Part shown: positions 48,601-64,000 of the stretch, one piece after another | How the letters are laid out: every line of letters starts with the position of its first letter | How positions within the stretch are numbered: position 1 is the stretch's first letter | Assembly (NCBI GenBank): GCA_964016885.1 | Contig: OZ024742.1 | Coordinates: 338,396,001 to 338,460,000, forward strand | Source of the DNA: Eledone cirrhosa | Taxonomy: Eukaryota | Reading direction: 5' to 3' | Length of the DNA stretch: 64,000 nucleotides | Notes under the pieces: generated by a model | Databases searched by the model: none | What the model was told of the DNA's origin: nothing | The model's input: only the letters and a program-made list of their open reading frames with translations | Translations under genes and position numbers: made by a program

Positions 48601-51600
48601 CATACAGGTACACATACATATATGCACGTATCAGTTTAGCGGCGCTAACGTCGCTTTGTTCGTTTGTAAACAAACTGAACAGCCTGAATTTATGCCATAC
48701 GGTGTTAAGGCAACCACGTCACCTTTTTGTTCAACACTGACACAGGAACGATGTACTAGTTTCAAGCTTGTTAGCTATCATCAGCACCGTTTACCCATCT
48801 GCCAGATAGTTGAACGTTCGAAAGTATATACTTTCCTTATGAAAATTAACGGCTGAGCAGCCTAATTTGCATATTGAGTGAGTTAAATCGGTCAGGCATA
48901 CCGAAAACGATAAATTGAAACAAAATGAAAACGAAATTTCATTTCTCACTCTTAGTATGGCACTTACTTAAATGTAAGTATGCATGTATACGTACATACA
49001 TATATGTATACAGACGTACAGTAGCATGCACATATATATATATATATATACATATATACATACATATGCATACAGGTACACATACATATATGCACGTATC
49101 AGTTTAGCGGCGCTAACGTCGCTTTGTTCGTTTGTAAACAAACTGAACAGCCTGAATTTATGCCATACGGTGTTAAGGCAACCACGTCACCTTTTTGTTC
49201 AACACTGACACAGGAACGATGTACTAGTTTCAAGCTTGTTAGCTATCATCAGCACCGTTTACCCATCTGCCAGATAGTTGAACGTTCGAAAGTATATACT
49301 TTCCTTATGAAAATTAACGGCTGAGCAGCCTAATTTGCATATTGAGTGAGTTAAATCGGTCAGGCATACCGAAAACGATAAATTGAAACAAAATGAAAAC
49401 GAAATTTCATTTCTCACTCTTAGTATGGCACTTACTTAAATGTAAGTATGCATGTATACGTACATACATATATGTATACAGACGTACAGTAGCATGCACA
49501 TATATATATATATATATACATATATACATACATATGCATACAGGTACACATACATATATGCACGTATCAGTTTAGCGGCGCTAACGTCGCTTTGTTCGTT
49601 TGTAAACAAACTGAACAGCCTGAATTTATGCCATACGGTGTTAAGGCAACCACGTCACCTTTTTGTTCAACACTGACACAGGAACGATGTACTAGTTTCA
49701 AGCTTGTTAGCTATCATCAGCACCGTTTACCCATCTGCCAGATAGTTGAACGTTCGAAAGTATTTCCTTATGAAAATTAACGGCTGAGCAGCCTAATTTG
49801 CATATTGAGTGAGTTAAATCGGTCAGGCATACCGAAAACGATAAATTGAAACAAAATGAAAACGAAATTTCATTTCTCACTCTTAGTATGGCACTTACTT
49901 AAATGTAAGTATGCATGTATACGTACATACATATATGTATACAGACGTACAGTAGCATGCACATATATATATATATATATACATATATACATACATATGC
50001 ATACAGGTACACATACATATATGCACGTATCAGTTTAGCGGCGCTAACGTCGCTTTGTTCGTTTGTAAACAAACTGAACAGCCTGAATTTATGCCATACG
50101 GTGTTAAGGCAACCACGTCACCTTTTTGTTCAACACTGACACAGGAACGATGTACTAGTTTCAAGCTTGTTAGCTATCATCAGCACCGTTTACCCATCTG
50201 CCAGATAGTTGAACGTTCGAAAGTATATACTTTCCTTATGAAAATTAACGGCTGAGCAGCCTAATTTGCATATTGAGTGAGTTAAATCGGTCAGGCATAC
50301 CGAAAACGATAAATTGAAACAAAATGAAAACGAAATTTCATTTCTCACTCTTAGTATGGCACTTACTTAAATGTAAGTATGCATGTATACGTACATACAT
50401 ATATGTATACAGACGTACAGTAGCATGCACATATATATATATATATATACATATATACATACATATGCATACAGGTACACATACATATATGCACGTATCA
50501 GTTTAGCGGCGCTAACGTCGCTTTGTTCGTTTGTAAACAAACTGAACAGCCTGAATTTATGCCATACGGTGTTAAGGCAACCACGTCACCTTTTTGTTCA
50601 ACACTGACACAGGAACGATGTACTAGTTTCAAGCTTGTTAGCTATCATCAGCACCGTTTACCCATCTGCCAGATAGTTGAACGTTCGAAAGTATATACTT
50701 TCCTTATGAAAATTAACGGCTGAGCAGCCTAATTTGCATATTGAGTGAGTTAAATCGGTCAGGCATACCGAAAACGATAAATTGAAACAAAATGAAAACG
50801 AAATTTCATTTCTCACTCTTAGTATGGCACTTACTTAAATGTAAGTATGCATGTATACGTACATACATATATGTATACAGACGTACAGTAGCATGCACAT
50901 ATATATATATATATATACATATATACATACATATGCATACAGGTACACATACATATATGCACGTATCAGTTTAGCGGCGCTAACGTCGCTTTGTTCGTTT
51001 GTAAACAAACTGAACAGCCTGAATTTATGCCATACGGTGTTAAGGCAACCACGTCACCTTTTTGTTCAACACTGACACAGGAACGATGTACTAGTTTCAA
51101 GCTTGTTAGCTATCATCAGCACCGTTTACCCATCTGCCAGATAGTTGAACGTTCGAAAGTATTTCCTTATGAAAATTAACGGCTGAGCAGCCTAATTTGC
51201 ATATTGAGTGAGTTAAATCGGTCAGGCATACCGAAAACGATAAATTGAAACAAAATGAAAACGAAATTTCATTTCTCACTCTTAGTATGGCACTTACTTA
51301 AATGTAAGTATGCATGTATACGTACATACATATATGTATACAGACGTACAGTAGCATGCACATATATATATATATATATACATATATACATACATATGCA
51401 TACAGGTACACATACATATATGCACGTATCAGTTTAGCGGCGCTAACGTCGCTTTGTTCGTTTGTAAACAAACTGAACAGCCTGAATTTATGCCATACGG
51501 TGTTAAGGCAACCACGTCACCTTTTTGTTCAACACTGACACAGGAACGATGTACTAGTTTCAACCTTGTTAGCTATCATCAGCACCGTTTACCCATCTGC

Positions 51601-53824
51601 CAGATAGTTGAACGTTCGAAAGTATATACTTTCCTTATGAAAATTAACGGCTGAGCAGCCTAATTTGCATATTGAGTGAGTTAAATCGGTCAGGCATACC
51701 GAAAACGATAAATTGAAACAAAATGAAAACGAAATTTCATTTCTCACTCTTAGTATGGCACTTACTTAAATGTAAGTATGCATGTATACGTACATACATA
51801 TATGTATACAGACGTACAGTAGCATGCACATATATATATATATATATACATATATACATACATATGCATACAGGTACACATACATATATGCACGTATCAG
51901 TTTAGCGGCGCTAACGTCGCTTTGTTCGTTTGTAAACAAACTGAACAGCCTGAATTTATGCCATACGGTGTTAAGGCAACCACGTCACCTTTTTGTTCAA
52001 CACTGACACAGGAACGATGTACTAGTTTCAAGCTTGTTAGCTATCATCAGCACCGTTTACCCATCTGCCAGATAGTTGAACGTTCGAAAGTATTTCCTTA
52101 TGAAAATTAACGGCTGAGCAGCCTAATTTGCATATTGAGTGAGTTAAATCGGTCAGGCATACCGAAAACGATAAATTGAAACAAAATGAAAACGAAATTT
52201 CATTTCTCACTCTTAGTATGGCACTTACTTAAATGTAAGTATGCATGTATACGTACATACATATATGTATACAGACGTACAGTAGCATGCACATATATAT
52301 ATATATATATACATATATACATACATATGCATACAGGTACACATACATATATGCACGTATCAGTTTAGCGGCGCTAACGTCGCTTTGTTCGTTTGTAAAC
52401 AAACTGAACAGCCTGAATTTATGCCATACGGTGTTAAGGCAACCACGTCACCTTTTTGTTCAACACTGACACAGGAACGATGTACTAGTTTCAAGCTTGT
52501 TAGCTATCATCAGCACCGTTTACCCATCTGCCAGATAGTTGAACGTTCGAAAGTATATACTTTCCTTATGAAAATTAACGGCTGAGCAGCCTAATTTGCA
52601 TATTGAGTGAGTTAAATCGGTCAGGCATACCGAAAACGATAAATTGAAACAAAATGAAAACGAAATTTCATTTCTCACTCTTAGTATGGCACTTACTTAA
52701 ATGTAAGTATGCATGTATACGTACATACATATATGTATACAGACGTACAGTAGCATGCACATATATATATATATATATACATATATACATACATATGCAT
52801 ACAGGTACACATACATATATGCACGTATCAGTTTAGCGGCGCTAACGTCGCTTTGTTCGTTTGTAAACAAACTGAACAGCCTGAATTTATGCCATACGGT
52901 GTTAAGGCAACCACGTCACCTTTTTGTTCAACACTGACACAGGAACGATGTACTAGTTTCAAGCTTGTTAGCTATCATCAGCACCGTTTACCCATCTGCC
53001 AGATAGTTGAACGTTCGAAAGTATATACTTTCCTTATGAAAATTAACGGCTGAGCAGCCTAATTTGCATATTGAGTGAGTTAAATCGGTCAGGCATACCG
53101 AAAACGATAAATTGAAACAAAATGAAAACGAAATTTCATTTCTCACTCTTAGTATGGCACTTACTTAAATGTAAGTATGCATGTATACGTACATACATAT
53201 ATGTATACAGACGTACAGTAGCATGCACATATATATATATATATATACATATATACATACATATGCATACAGGTACACATACATATATGCACGTATCAGT
53301 TTAGCGGCGCTAACGTCGCTTTGTTCGTTTGTAAACAAACTGAACAGCCTGAATTTATGCCATACGGTGTTAAGGCAACCACGTCACCTTTTTGTTCAAC
53401 ACTGACACAGGAACGATGTACTAGTTTCAACCTTGTTAGCTATCATCAGCACCGTTTACCCATCTGCCAGATAGTTGAACGTTCGAAAGTATATACTTTC
53501 CTTATGAAAATTAACGGCTGAGCAGCCTAATTTGCATATTGAGTGAGTTAAATCGGTCAGGCATACCGAAAACGATAAATTGAAACAAAATGAAAACGAA
53601 ATTTCATTTCTCACTCTTAGTATGGCACTTACTTAAATGTAAGTATGCATGTATACGTACATACATATATGTATACAGACGTACAGTAGCATGCACATAT
53701 ATATATATATATATACATATATACATACATATGCATACAGGTACACATACATATATGCACGTATCAGTTTAGCGGCGCTAACGTCGCTTTGTTCGTTTGT
53801 AAACAAACTGAACAGCCTGAATTT
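45635..53824 (-). repeat. 468-bp HHR-containing tandem array, left arm (17 full units plus a partial)
   Basis: Period 468, or 463 in three units. First HHR at 45939-45983 on the minus strand. Confidence 0.95.
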
Positions 53825-53830
53825 GCAAAT

Positions 53831-56343
<2,513 letters not shown>

Positions 56344-56401
56344 TATATATATATATATGCATATATATATATGCATATATATATATATGCATATATATAT
56401 A

Positions 56402-56485
<84 letters not shown>

Positions 56486-56585
56486 TATATATATATATAT
56501 GCATATATATATATATATGCATATATATATATGCACATATATATATATGCATATATATATATATATATATATGCATATATATATA

Positions 56586-56928
56586 TTTCATTTCCCACTC
56601 TTAGTACGGCTGTTACTTAAATATAAGTATGTACATGTACATACATATATTTATACAGTAGTATGTATATATATATATACATACATGCACACATATATAT
56701 ATGTACGTATGGATTCACCGAACATTTATTATAATGCTCGGTGTGTTTGTAAACAAACATCCCGTATTAAGCCGTAGTGTCTAGCAACCATCGTTGCTCG
56801 TTTGTTCAACACTGACAAAGGAACGCTGTACTAGTTTCAAGCTTATTAGCTATTGTCAGCAACGTATACAAACACACCGAGCAATATAATAAATGTTCGG
56901 TGAATCCATACGTACATATATATATGTG
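56586..56928 (-). repeat. Diverged partial relative of the 468-bp unit with an inverted end
   Basis: Homologous blocks tttcatttc.cactcttagta and gttcaacactgaca.aggaacg.tgtactagtttcaagctt. HHR-like motif at 56822-56865. 56867-56928 is an inverted copy of ~56690-56752. Confidence 0.8.
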
Positions 56929-56929
56929 T

Positions 56930-59575
56930 CGGAAAGGTGCGAAACATGTCCTCTGCTGTTCGTTGTTTTGAATACCTGAGGTATTCAGCAGAGCGCACGT
57001 GCGCGTGAAATGGGGTCGGTCAAGCAGAGGTCGGCAGCCGAAATAGTTCTTTCAATTGTGGGAGTGGGCTGGCGTTAGCTGTCAGTCCATAATATTCTCT
57101 GCCTGTTTGGTGAATGTTACTGTGTGTGTGTGTGTGCGTGTGCTGTTGTCTCGCTTGTGTGTGTGTGCGTGTGTTGTTGCCTCGTTCGTCTGTATTGCAG
57201 CGTAGTATGTTCGTATGGTGGAATGCTACTGTGTGTGCGTGTGTTGCTGTCTCGCTTGTGTGTGTGTGTGTGTGCGTGTGTTGCTGCATCGTTTGTTTAC
57301 TTAAACCAACCACCTCATTTCGCTTCTCTCGGATTGGTTGTTTATTTGTAGCCCTAGGCGTTGGATCCCAAGTGCTTCCTTGATTCGTAATGTGCCGACG
57401 TTTTTTTCTGTCGCTAGAATTGTGACAATGGGCCTTCCGTCTTTGTTTCCGCATTTGGCTATGTGTTTCCTGGTGTTAGTGTGCTCCTTGATCCGGATGT
57501 GCAGCAGCCGGATTGTGCTACCTATATAGTATTGGTTGCACTTGTTACATTCTATCTTATACATGACGTATGTGCCTAGGCAACAGTTCGTATGGCGCAT
57601 TGGGCAGTCTCTGAGGGAGCACGTGTCAGTTGATTTCCCAGGTTTCCTGGAGAGGCATCTTCGCAGGGAGGGGCCGTGTGGGCCAGGTGGATGTCGAGGC
57701 CCTCCCTCCGTATAGCCTTGCGGATAGCGTTGGTGGTATTTTAAGGAAGCACTTGCCTTGGGTGTTTCTCTGTCTCTTGTGTCTGGTGTCTCTTACTCTG
57801 TTTGTGAGCGAGGTAGGGTACCCGTTCGTCTCCAGCACTTTGAGGAATCGCTTGGTATGAGTGACACCACTCGCGGGATCGCTGCATCTGTTTTTAATTC
57901 GCGCGATCTCATTCGTGATGTATCCTCTTTTGGCACTGTTAGGGAGTGCGGACTTGTAGTGGACGAACAGGTCCCTGCAGGCTGCCTTTCGGTAGAAGTT
58001 GCAGTGGATCCCTCCCTGTTCCGTAATGTTGATTCAGAAGTCGAGGAGGGCAAGTGACCCGTCGTCGTTGGGGTGTTCAACACTGAAGTCAATGTTCTCG
58101 TCCATGTTGTTGAGCGTCTCATAGATTCTGTTCGCTATGTCTTGGGAAGATGTGAGGATGAGGATATCGTCCACGTACCTTGAGAAAAAGGCGACGGCGT
58201 TGGGGTGGCAGGTGTTGAGTGCCTTGCGATCGAGGCTGTCCATGTATGAGATTGCTAGCACAGCCGACAGGCTTGAGCCCATGGGCAGTCCCGAGGTTTG
58301 CTGGTATATTTGGTCAAGGAATCCGAAGTATGTGTTGTCGACAACGATGGATAGGAGTTGGTGGATGTCAGGGGTGGTGAGCCCGAAGCAGTGTAGGTCG
58401 GTGGATTGGATGCGTTCCATCAGTATATTAACGGCCGGGAGGGCCGGGACCGAAGTGTAGAGAGCGAATACATCAAGGCTGAAGGCATATCTGTTATCCT
58501 TTCTGGTGCCGGGATCCATTTGATGCAGGCGCTCCAACACCTCCTCGGAGCTGTTAACGTGTCCCGGCAAGGTGTCTAAGATGGGTTTGAGTATTCTGGT
58601 TAGGAGCCATGAAATTTTGTAGAGCGGTCCTTCCACGCTCGATACAATGGGCCAGATCTTCAGGTCGGGTCCCTGTTTGTGTGTTTTCACGAGGTGGTAG
58701 AAGGCGGGTAGTCTGGTGTTCCTCGTGAGGAGGTTGTATCTCAGCTTCTTCGGGAGCTTCCGCCGATCGCAGATGTTGGTCCAGGAGGCGTTGATGTGTT
58801 CCTCTATCTGCGCGAGAGTGATTCCCGTGACCTTGGAGTAGAGGTTGTCATCGTCAAGGTGTTGTAGGCCTCTCTGCTGATGACGCAGAATTCTTTTCCC
58901 TTGTCGGAGGGGAGGTAGATGAGATTCTTCGATTTTAGGTTGGAGAGAGTGGTGAGTTGAGATTTGGTGAGGTTGCGTGTGTGTGTGTTTGTGAAGTATA
59001 TCCGAGATGGAGTGTTTTAGCCTGATGAGTTTAGTGTCGAGTTCGTGCTTGGTGGGTGGAGTGGGTTGTTGGGGTGGTAAGTGGGGAACTTGGGGTGGGT
59101 TGCGTGGGCGCTGTTGATGGCGGTCACCCATTTAAGTTGGTAAGCGGCTCGACAAAAGTTGGCCTCGATGTCGAGTTTGAGTCTGTCGTCGAGTCGTTGT
59201 GAGACAATGAACTTGGGTCCGAGGTGTAGGAGTTTCAGCTCGCCGCTCGTGAGAGGTTAGGTCGGTGACCAGGTGTGTCGCATCATTGAGGCGTGGCTCG
59301 GTGTTGGTGGATGCGGCGGTGGCGGTTGTTACGTTGTTGTTTTCCACGTGGTTCTGGTCTGTCTGTTCGTTAGTGTCGATGTTCTCGTTGTGGAGTTTCG
59401 ACAAGATCCACTCATATTTCCGCTTGAGCCGTTTTTTCTCGTATTGGACTCTGGAGTGGTAGCACTGGTCGATTGCTTTAGTGATTTTCAGGAGCAAGTT
59501 GCCGGGTGTTATTGACAGTCGATGTGTCTGCTTATGGATGTGTAATTGGCGGTTGAGATGTCTCAGGATCTGTTT
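56930..59575 (-). mobile_element. Penelope-like element, near full ORF but frameshifted, related to 28114-29420
   Basis: FYHLVKTHK, SLDVFALYTSVP, GLPMGSSLS, RYVDD, and GIY-YIG VMYKIECNKCNQYYIGST. Confidence 0.9.
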
Positions 59576-59577
59576 AA

Positions 59578-61465
59578 TATATATATACACACACACATAT
59601 ATATAAATATGTAAAAAATATAGATATAAAAACACACATACATGCGCACATACGAATGCATTCGTATACATATACAAACACGTATACACACACATGCACA
59701 CTTACACGCATACATACAATATAAAAATCAGCCGTATGAATAAATGAGTACAAATTATATGCGAGTAAACATACATAAAAGCGGCTGAGGGACAACAGAA
59801 TATATCTGGAGTTGAAAACGCAAGTGACATGTGATATCAGGTAGTGAAAGAAAAGAGGGAAGTAAAATATGTAAAATTGTGAAGATATAAAGTAAGTGAA
59901 TTAAAAAGTAGGGGGAGGGGGTCACTGGTGGATGTGAAGTAAAAATAAAGTTAAAAGTAAATCAGAAAGAGAAGTCTGTAAAGAAGGTAAGTTAAGGAAA
60001 GTGAAGAACAAGAGTTTATAGAGGATAAGTATCTGAAAGTGAGTTAAGTTTATATGAGCTGGAAAGCAAGTGTGATTTCATGTGTGGTCAACTGGTGAAA
60101 ATTTCTGTTTTTGCATTTAGGCAGGTTTTTTGTGATTTAAGGTTCTGTAAAATCCAATATTTTTCACTTACGCAGAGTGCGCATCTTCTTGTTCCTCTTG
60201 CATATTCTTTAGATTGGTTGACCAATCCAATTTATATTGGATACCTTGGTCTTTCAAATCCCATATTCTACTAGCCAGAGCTGTTGTAAATCTTTTTTCA
60301 GCATGTCGGAAAGATGCGACATGTGAGTAATAACGAGTTTTTAATTTGTCTTGTGTCATACCCACATATCGTTCGCTGGTGGCTGGTAGGTTGTTGCTGG
60401 TGGTTGTCACTTTAGCCGCATATACAATGGCTTTGGTGTTGCATTTACCTTGTAATGAGCATTCACTTTTGACTCTACAGGAGCAATTTTGATGTTCTCT
60501 GGGTATTTTCTTATTGATGATATAAGATTTAATAGGGGGACCGCAGGAGTAGCTGATTTTGACACAGTTTCTATTGAAGATCTTATAGTATCTATGTGTT
60601 CTAGGGAAATATTTATCCTAGGAATGTTTTGCCTACATTAGTTTTAACTGCTAGAGAGTAGGGGGGTGTGAACCAGATTATTTTTCTTTTCCTATTATTA
60701 TGTTTAAAGGAGTTAGTATTGTTGGGTATGTTAAATCGGTTTGCTAAATCCGCTATTTTGAAGGGCTTTATTATAGTAGGGGGATGCCTTATTGAAAATA
60801 GCTTCTGAGGAAGAGAGGGTGGAGATCCTACAGCTAATATTAGGGATAAGATTTTTAAAAACTATAGGAAGATGGCAAGAGCCTTTATTTATATATTTTA
60901 AATTTTCATTAGGTTTATGGTACGGTTTATAAGAAACAGTAGGCAGATCTAGGTTTATATCTAGAAAATTAACATTAGAAAGGTTAGTGTCAATGGTAAT
61001 TTTAAGATTAAAACTAGCGAAGATTTTTATTAAGTCTTTCCTGAATCTATCTAAGTTATGGCCTATAGTGGTATGGGAAAGTATTAGACCATCGTCATGA
61101 TGGTTAGGGAATATATGTTTACTTGCATTTTTTATTCATACGGCTAGTTTTTATATTGTATGTATGCGTGTAAGTGTGCATATGTGTGTATACGTGTTTG
61201 TATATGTATATGAATGCATTCGTATGTGACCGTGTATGTGTATATGTGTTTTTATATTTGTTTTTTACATACTTATATATATGTGTGTGTGTGTCTGTAT
61301 ATATATATATGTATGTATATATATATATATATATGGTTGCGTGTGTGCGTGTGATTAGATGTACATGTATGTATATATATGTGCTTCGTGTGTATGTATG
61401 CGCGCTTTTGTATGTATGTACGCATGTATATGCTTTGTCTGTACGTATATATATATATATATATA
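59578..61465 (-). mobile_element. Decayed PLE fragment (Nematis-like) flanked by inverted pLTR-like copies
   Basis: Minus strand HDDGLI, RKRKIIWFTPPYS, KIFNRNCVKISYSC, YVGMT..KTRY.SH..SF..IWDLK. 59580-59750 and 61120-61300 are inverted repeats. Confidence 0.75.
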
Positions 61466-61466
61466 T

Positions 61467-61878
61467 GTTCTTCCACGGTAGCATGGGTTAGATGGGTTGT
61501 CCTGTTGTGGGCAGTGTCCAGTCGGTTGACCATGTCTTGCTCATATGGGAACTGATTCTGGCTTGATTTCTACAGCTGGATGCCCTTCCTAACACCAACC
61601 TCATTTACAGTGAGTGCTGGGTGCTTTTTTTCCGTGGCACCTACACACCACTTTACAGTGTGGGCTGGGTGCTTTTTTGCTGTGGCACCTCCACGACCAC
61701 TTTGCAGTGGGAGGGGGTGGGGGCATATTGTCTATATGCTTCAGCCTGGTTTGTACCCGTGGGGGGTCGGGTCTTCTGTATTACTGCGTGACACCAGAGG
61801 TCATGGTCGTGTGTCATCGCCCTTGCGAAGTGCAATTGGGTAAGGTCGGCTTTTATCACCTCATCCCAGGTCTTGGTA
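61467..61878 (-). mobile_element. 3' end of a related RTE LINE
   Basis: KTWDEVIKADL...DLWCHAVIQKTR and 3' UTR motif ggatgcccttcctaacaccaacc. Confidence 0.8.
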
Positions 61879-62327
61879 TATATATCAAAATTATGCATAC
61901 AAACTAATCAAAGAGGAGAGATAAGAGATTAGTTATGAGAATTATCTGCCAGTAGTGAAGGGGACAGTGTGCTCAATGCGTATTAGATGCCAGATATGCA
62001 AACAATGTAAGTAAACAAGAGAAATAATGTCAAGCAAAAAATTGTAAAAGCAGAGCATTAATATAGAAATTAAATGTTAGAGAAAGCAATACCAAATTCT
62101 TGAACAAATATATTTAATGGCTGACAATTGTTTCGGAAATCATATCAACGCCCTCTGGTGATTATTTTTATTATATGTTTTTATTATTATTATTTTTATT
62201 ATAAGTTGAGCCAACTTATGCAGCTTCATATGCAAATGAGATTAACCACCTCATTTTCACAGACGAGAAAGCTATATATTCTCGCCTGTCTTCTAGTCCA
62301 GCAATCGCAGGCGGTGGGAGGGACCGT

Positions 62328-62369
62328 CGTCCTGACGAAGGCCAGTTAAGCCTGAAATGCATAGAGGGT
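62328..62369 (+). ncRNA. Minimal hammerhead-like motif with imperfect stem I
   Basis: CGTC-CTGACGA-AGGC-CAGTTAA-GCCT-GAAA-TGCA-TA-GAGG. Helix III is the palindrome ATGCAT. Confidence 0.6.
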
Positions 62370-62542
62370 TGTCCCCCTTGCTTCTGCTGGATATCACCAG
62401 TGGGCGTCCCCCCCCCCCCCCCCCCGATGTTTGCATAGCTATGGCTTCCTAAAACCGTATTTCCTTGGAGATATGAAAATATTTATACATATTGTATAAT
62501 GCTATGCTTGAAGCGAAATCCTATTTCTCTTTTATATATATG

Positions 62543-63229
62543 AACGGCAAAGCATAAACGAACTAAGGAATAAATTAGAGATAAGAGGGATCAGATGTTG
62601 TTTACTCGAGAGAAGGCTACGTTGGTATGGACACGTGATGCGCATGAAAGTCGATAGCTGTATAACAAAGTGCAGGGCAATAAAGATAGACGGTAGTCAC
62701 GGAATAGGCAGACCTAGAAAAACCTGGGACGAGCTGATAAACTCCGACATCACACACTTACACCTCTCCAAGACAATGTCACTGGACCGAGACCTTTGGC
62801 GGTACTCAGTAACAGAGAAGACCCGCCTTACCTAAATATATAGTAAAACATACTCCAGCCAGTAGGCATCTCTAACAAATACACCCCGTCCCACCACCCC
62901 CACCCGATCCACACCACCCCGTTCTATGTAAAGTTATGTTGGTGCCGCGCCATCGAGGCCGAAACAAATGAGATCGTGTAGGTATCACGACAAAAAAACA
63001 CACAGTCCACGCTGTAATGTGGCCGTGTAGGCAACACGGTAAAAACCTCCCAGACCCACACTGTAAATGTGGTTGGTGTTAGGAAGGGCATCCAACTGTA
63101 GACAACCTGCCAGACAGTCCTATGCGAGCAAGACAATCACTCTTGCCTCAAGTGGGACTACCCCCGTCCAAACCCATGCAAGCGTGGAACACGGACGTTA
63201 AACGCTGATGATGATGATGATGATGATGA
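62543..63229 (+). mobile_element. RTE LINE 3' fragment with (GAT)n tail
   Basis: Matches the 3' end of 4457-7490. Confidence 0.9.
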
Positions 63230-63289
63230 TATATATGTATACGTGTGTGTGTTTGTAATATATATATATATCATTAAATTAGAAGAAAA

Positions 63290-64000
63290 GTTGAAAACAA
63301 AATGTTGTTTAAATGTCTAAAAGCTGATATCAATGTTGAGTATTGCAGCTCTGTCAAAGCAATACTATATGTCACAAAATATATCAACAAGGGCAGTGAC
63401 GTGGCTATCTTTGTTATTGACAAGGAACGCAATGATGGTTGTCTAGTTGAGGTCAAACAGTATCAGACAGGTCAATACATCTCCGGCAATGGAGTTATCT
63501 GGCAGATCTTGGCATTTGATATCCATTTACGCCATCCAACAGTGGTCAACTTTGCAGTGCATCTAGAAAATGGACATAGTGTATTTCACTGACATCACTG
63601 TTGGCACAAGCACCACCTGACACTACTCTAACTGCTTTTTTTAAACTCTGCCAGAATGATGAATTTGTTTGATCCCTCCTATATGCTGACATACCAACAT
63701 TACTACACCTGGAATTGAAGGAAGCAGAGTCATTTAGTGGAAGGTCATGAAGTCAAGGCGAGTGATGCTATTGGGCATGTTTACACTGGCGACCCCAACA
63801 ACAGAGAGTGTTTTTATTTACGGCTACTTATGCATATTGGACCAACATCATTTCAGGATCTCAGGTGCTTTGGAGGAAGAGTGTGCGCAAGATACCAAGA
63901 AGCATGTAAAGAGCATGGACTCCTGCATGACAATGGACATTGGAAGAAAAGCCTAGAAGTAGCAGCAGACACTTGAGTAACCAGTCAAATAAGATAGTTG
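63290..64000 (+). mobile_element. Decayed Helitron Rep/helicase fragment
   Basis: INVEYCSSVKAILYVTKYINKGSD and ECFYLRLLMHIGPTSFQDLR...YQEAC.EHGLL. Confidence 0.8.

Noticed and set aside
56930-56956. GAAACATGTC half-hammerhead at the end of a PLE
   Set aside because: The CUGANGA half is missing, so it cannot be called, although it may be a truncated HHR.
59781-59830. CTGAGGGA...GTTGAAAACGCAAGTG as an HHR
   Set aside because: Core deviates, no stem I partner and no valid NUH triplet.

Overview
This is AT-rich, repeat-dense animal DNA. An octopus or other coleoid cephalopod origin is inferred from the SINE family, the poly-C2H2 gene and the abundant (TA)n tracts. The one intact host gene is a 26-finger C2H2 zinc-finger ORF (8604-10832). 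The rest is mostly decayed mobile DNA: RTE-, CR1- and CRE-type LINEs, tRNA-like SINEs, Helitron remnants and at least three groups of Penelope-like elements (PLEs, RT plus GIY-YIG), with a 200-N gap at 40151-40350. The main result is a dense set of type I hammerhead ribozyme (HHR) motifs from about seven unrelated sequence contexts, found by manual folding. The strongest case is a non-coding 463-468 bp unit with one HHR inside a long rod-like helix. It forms near-identical arrays at 35272-36577 and 45635-56072, the larger one folded back head-to-head at about 53825, and together they carry 25 HHR copies. This looks like a retrozyme-like family (self-cleaving, possibly circular RNA) mobilised by PLEs and associated with (TA)n/TATGCA microsatellites. 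All structures were derived by eye, and no database search or folding software was run.
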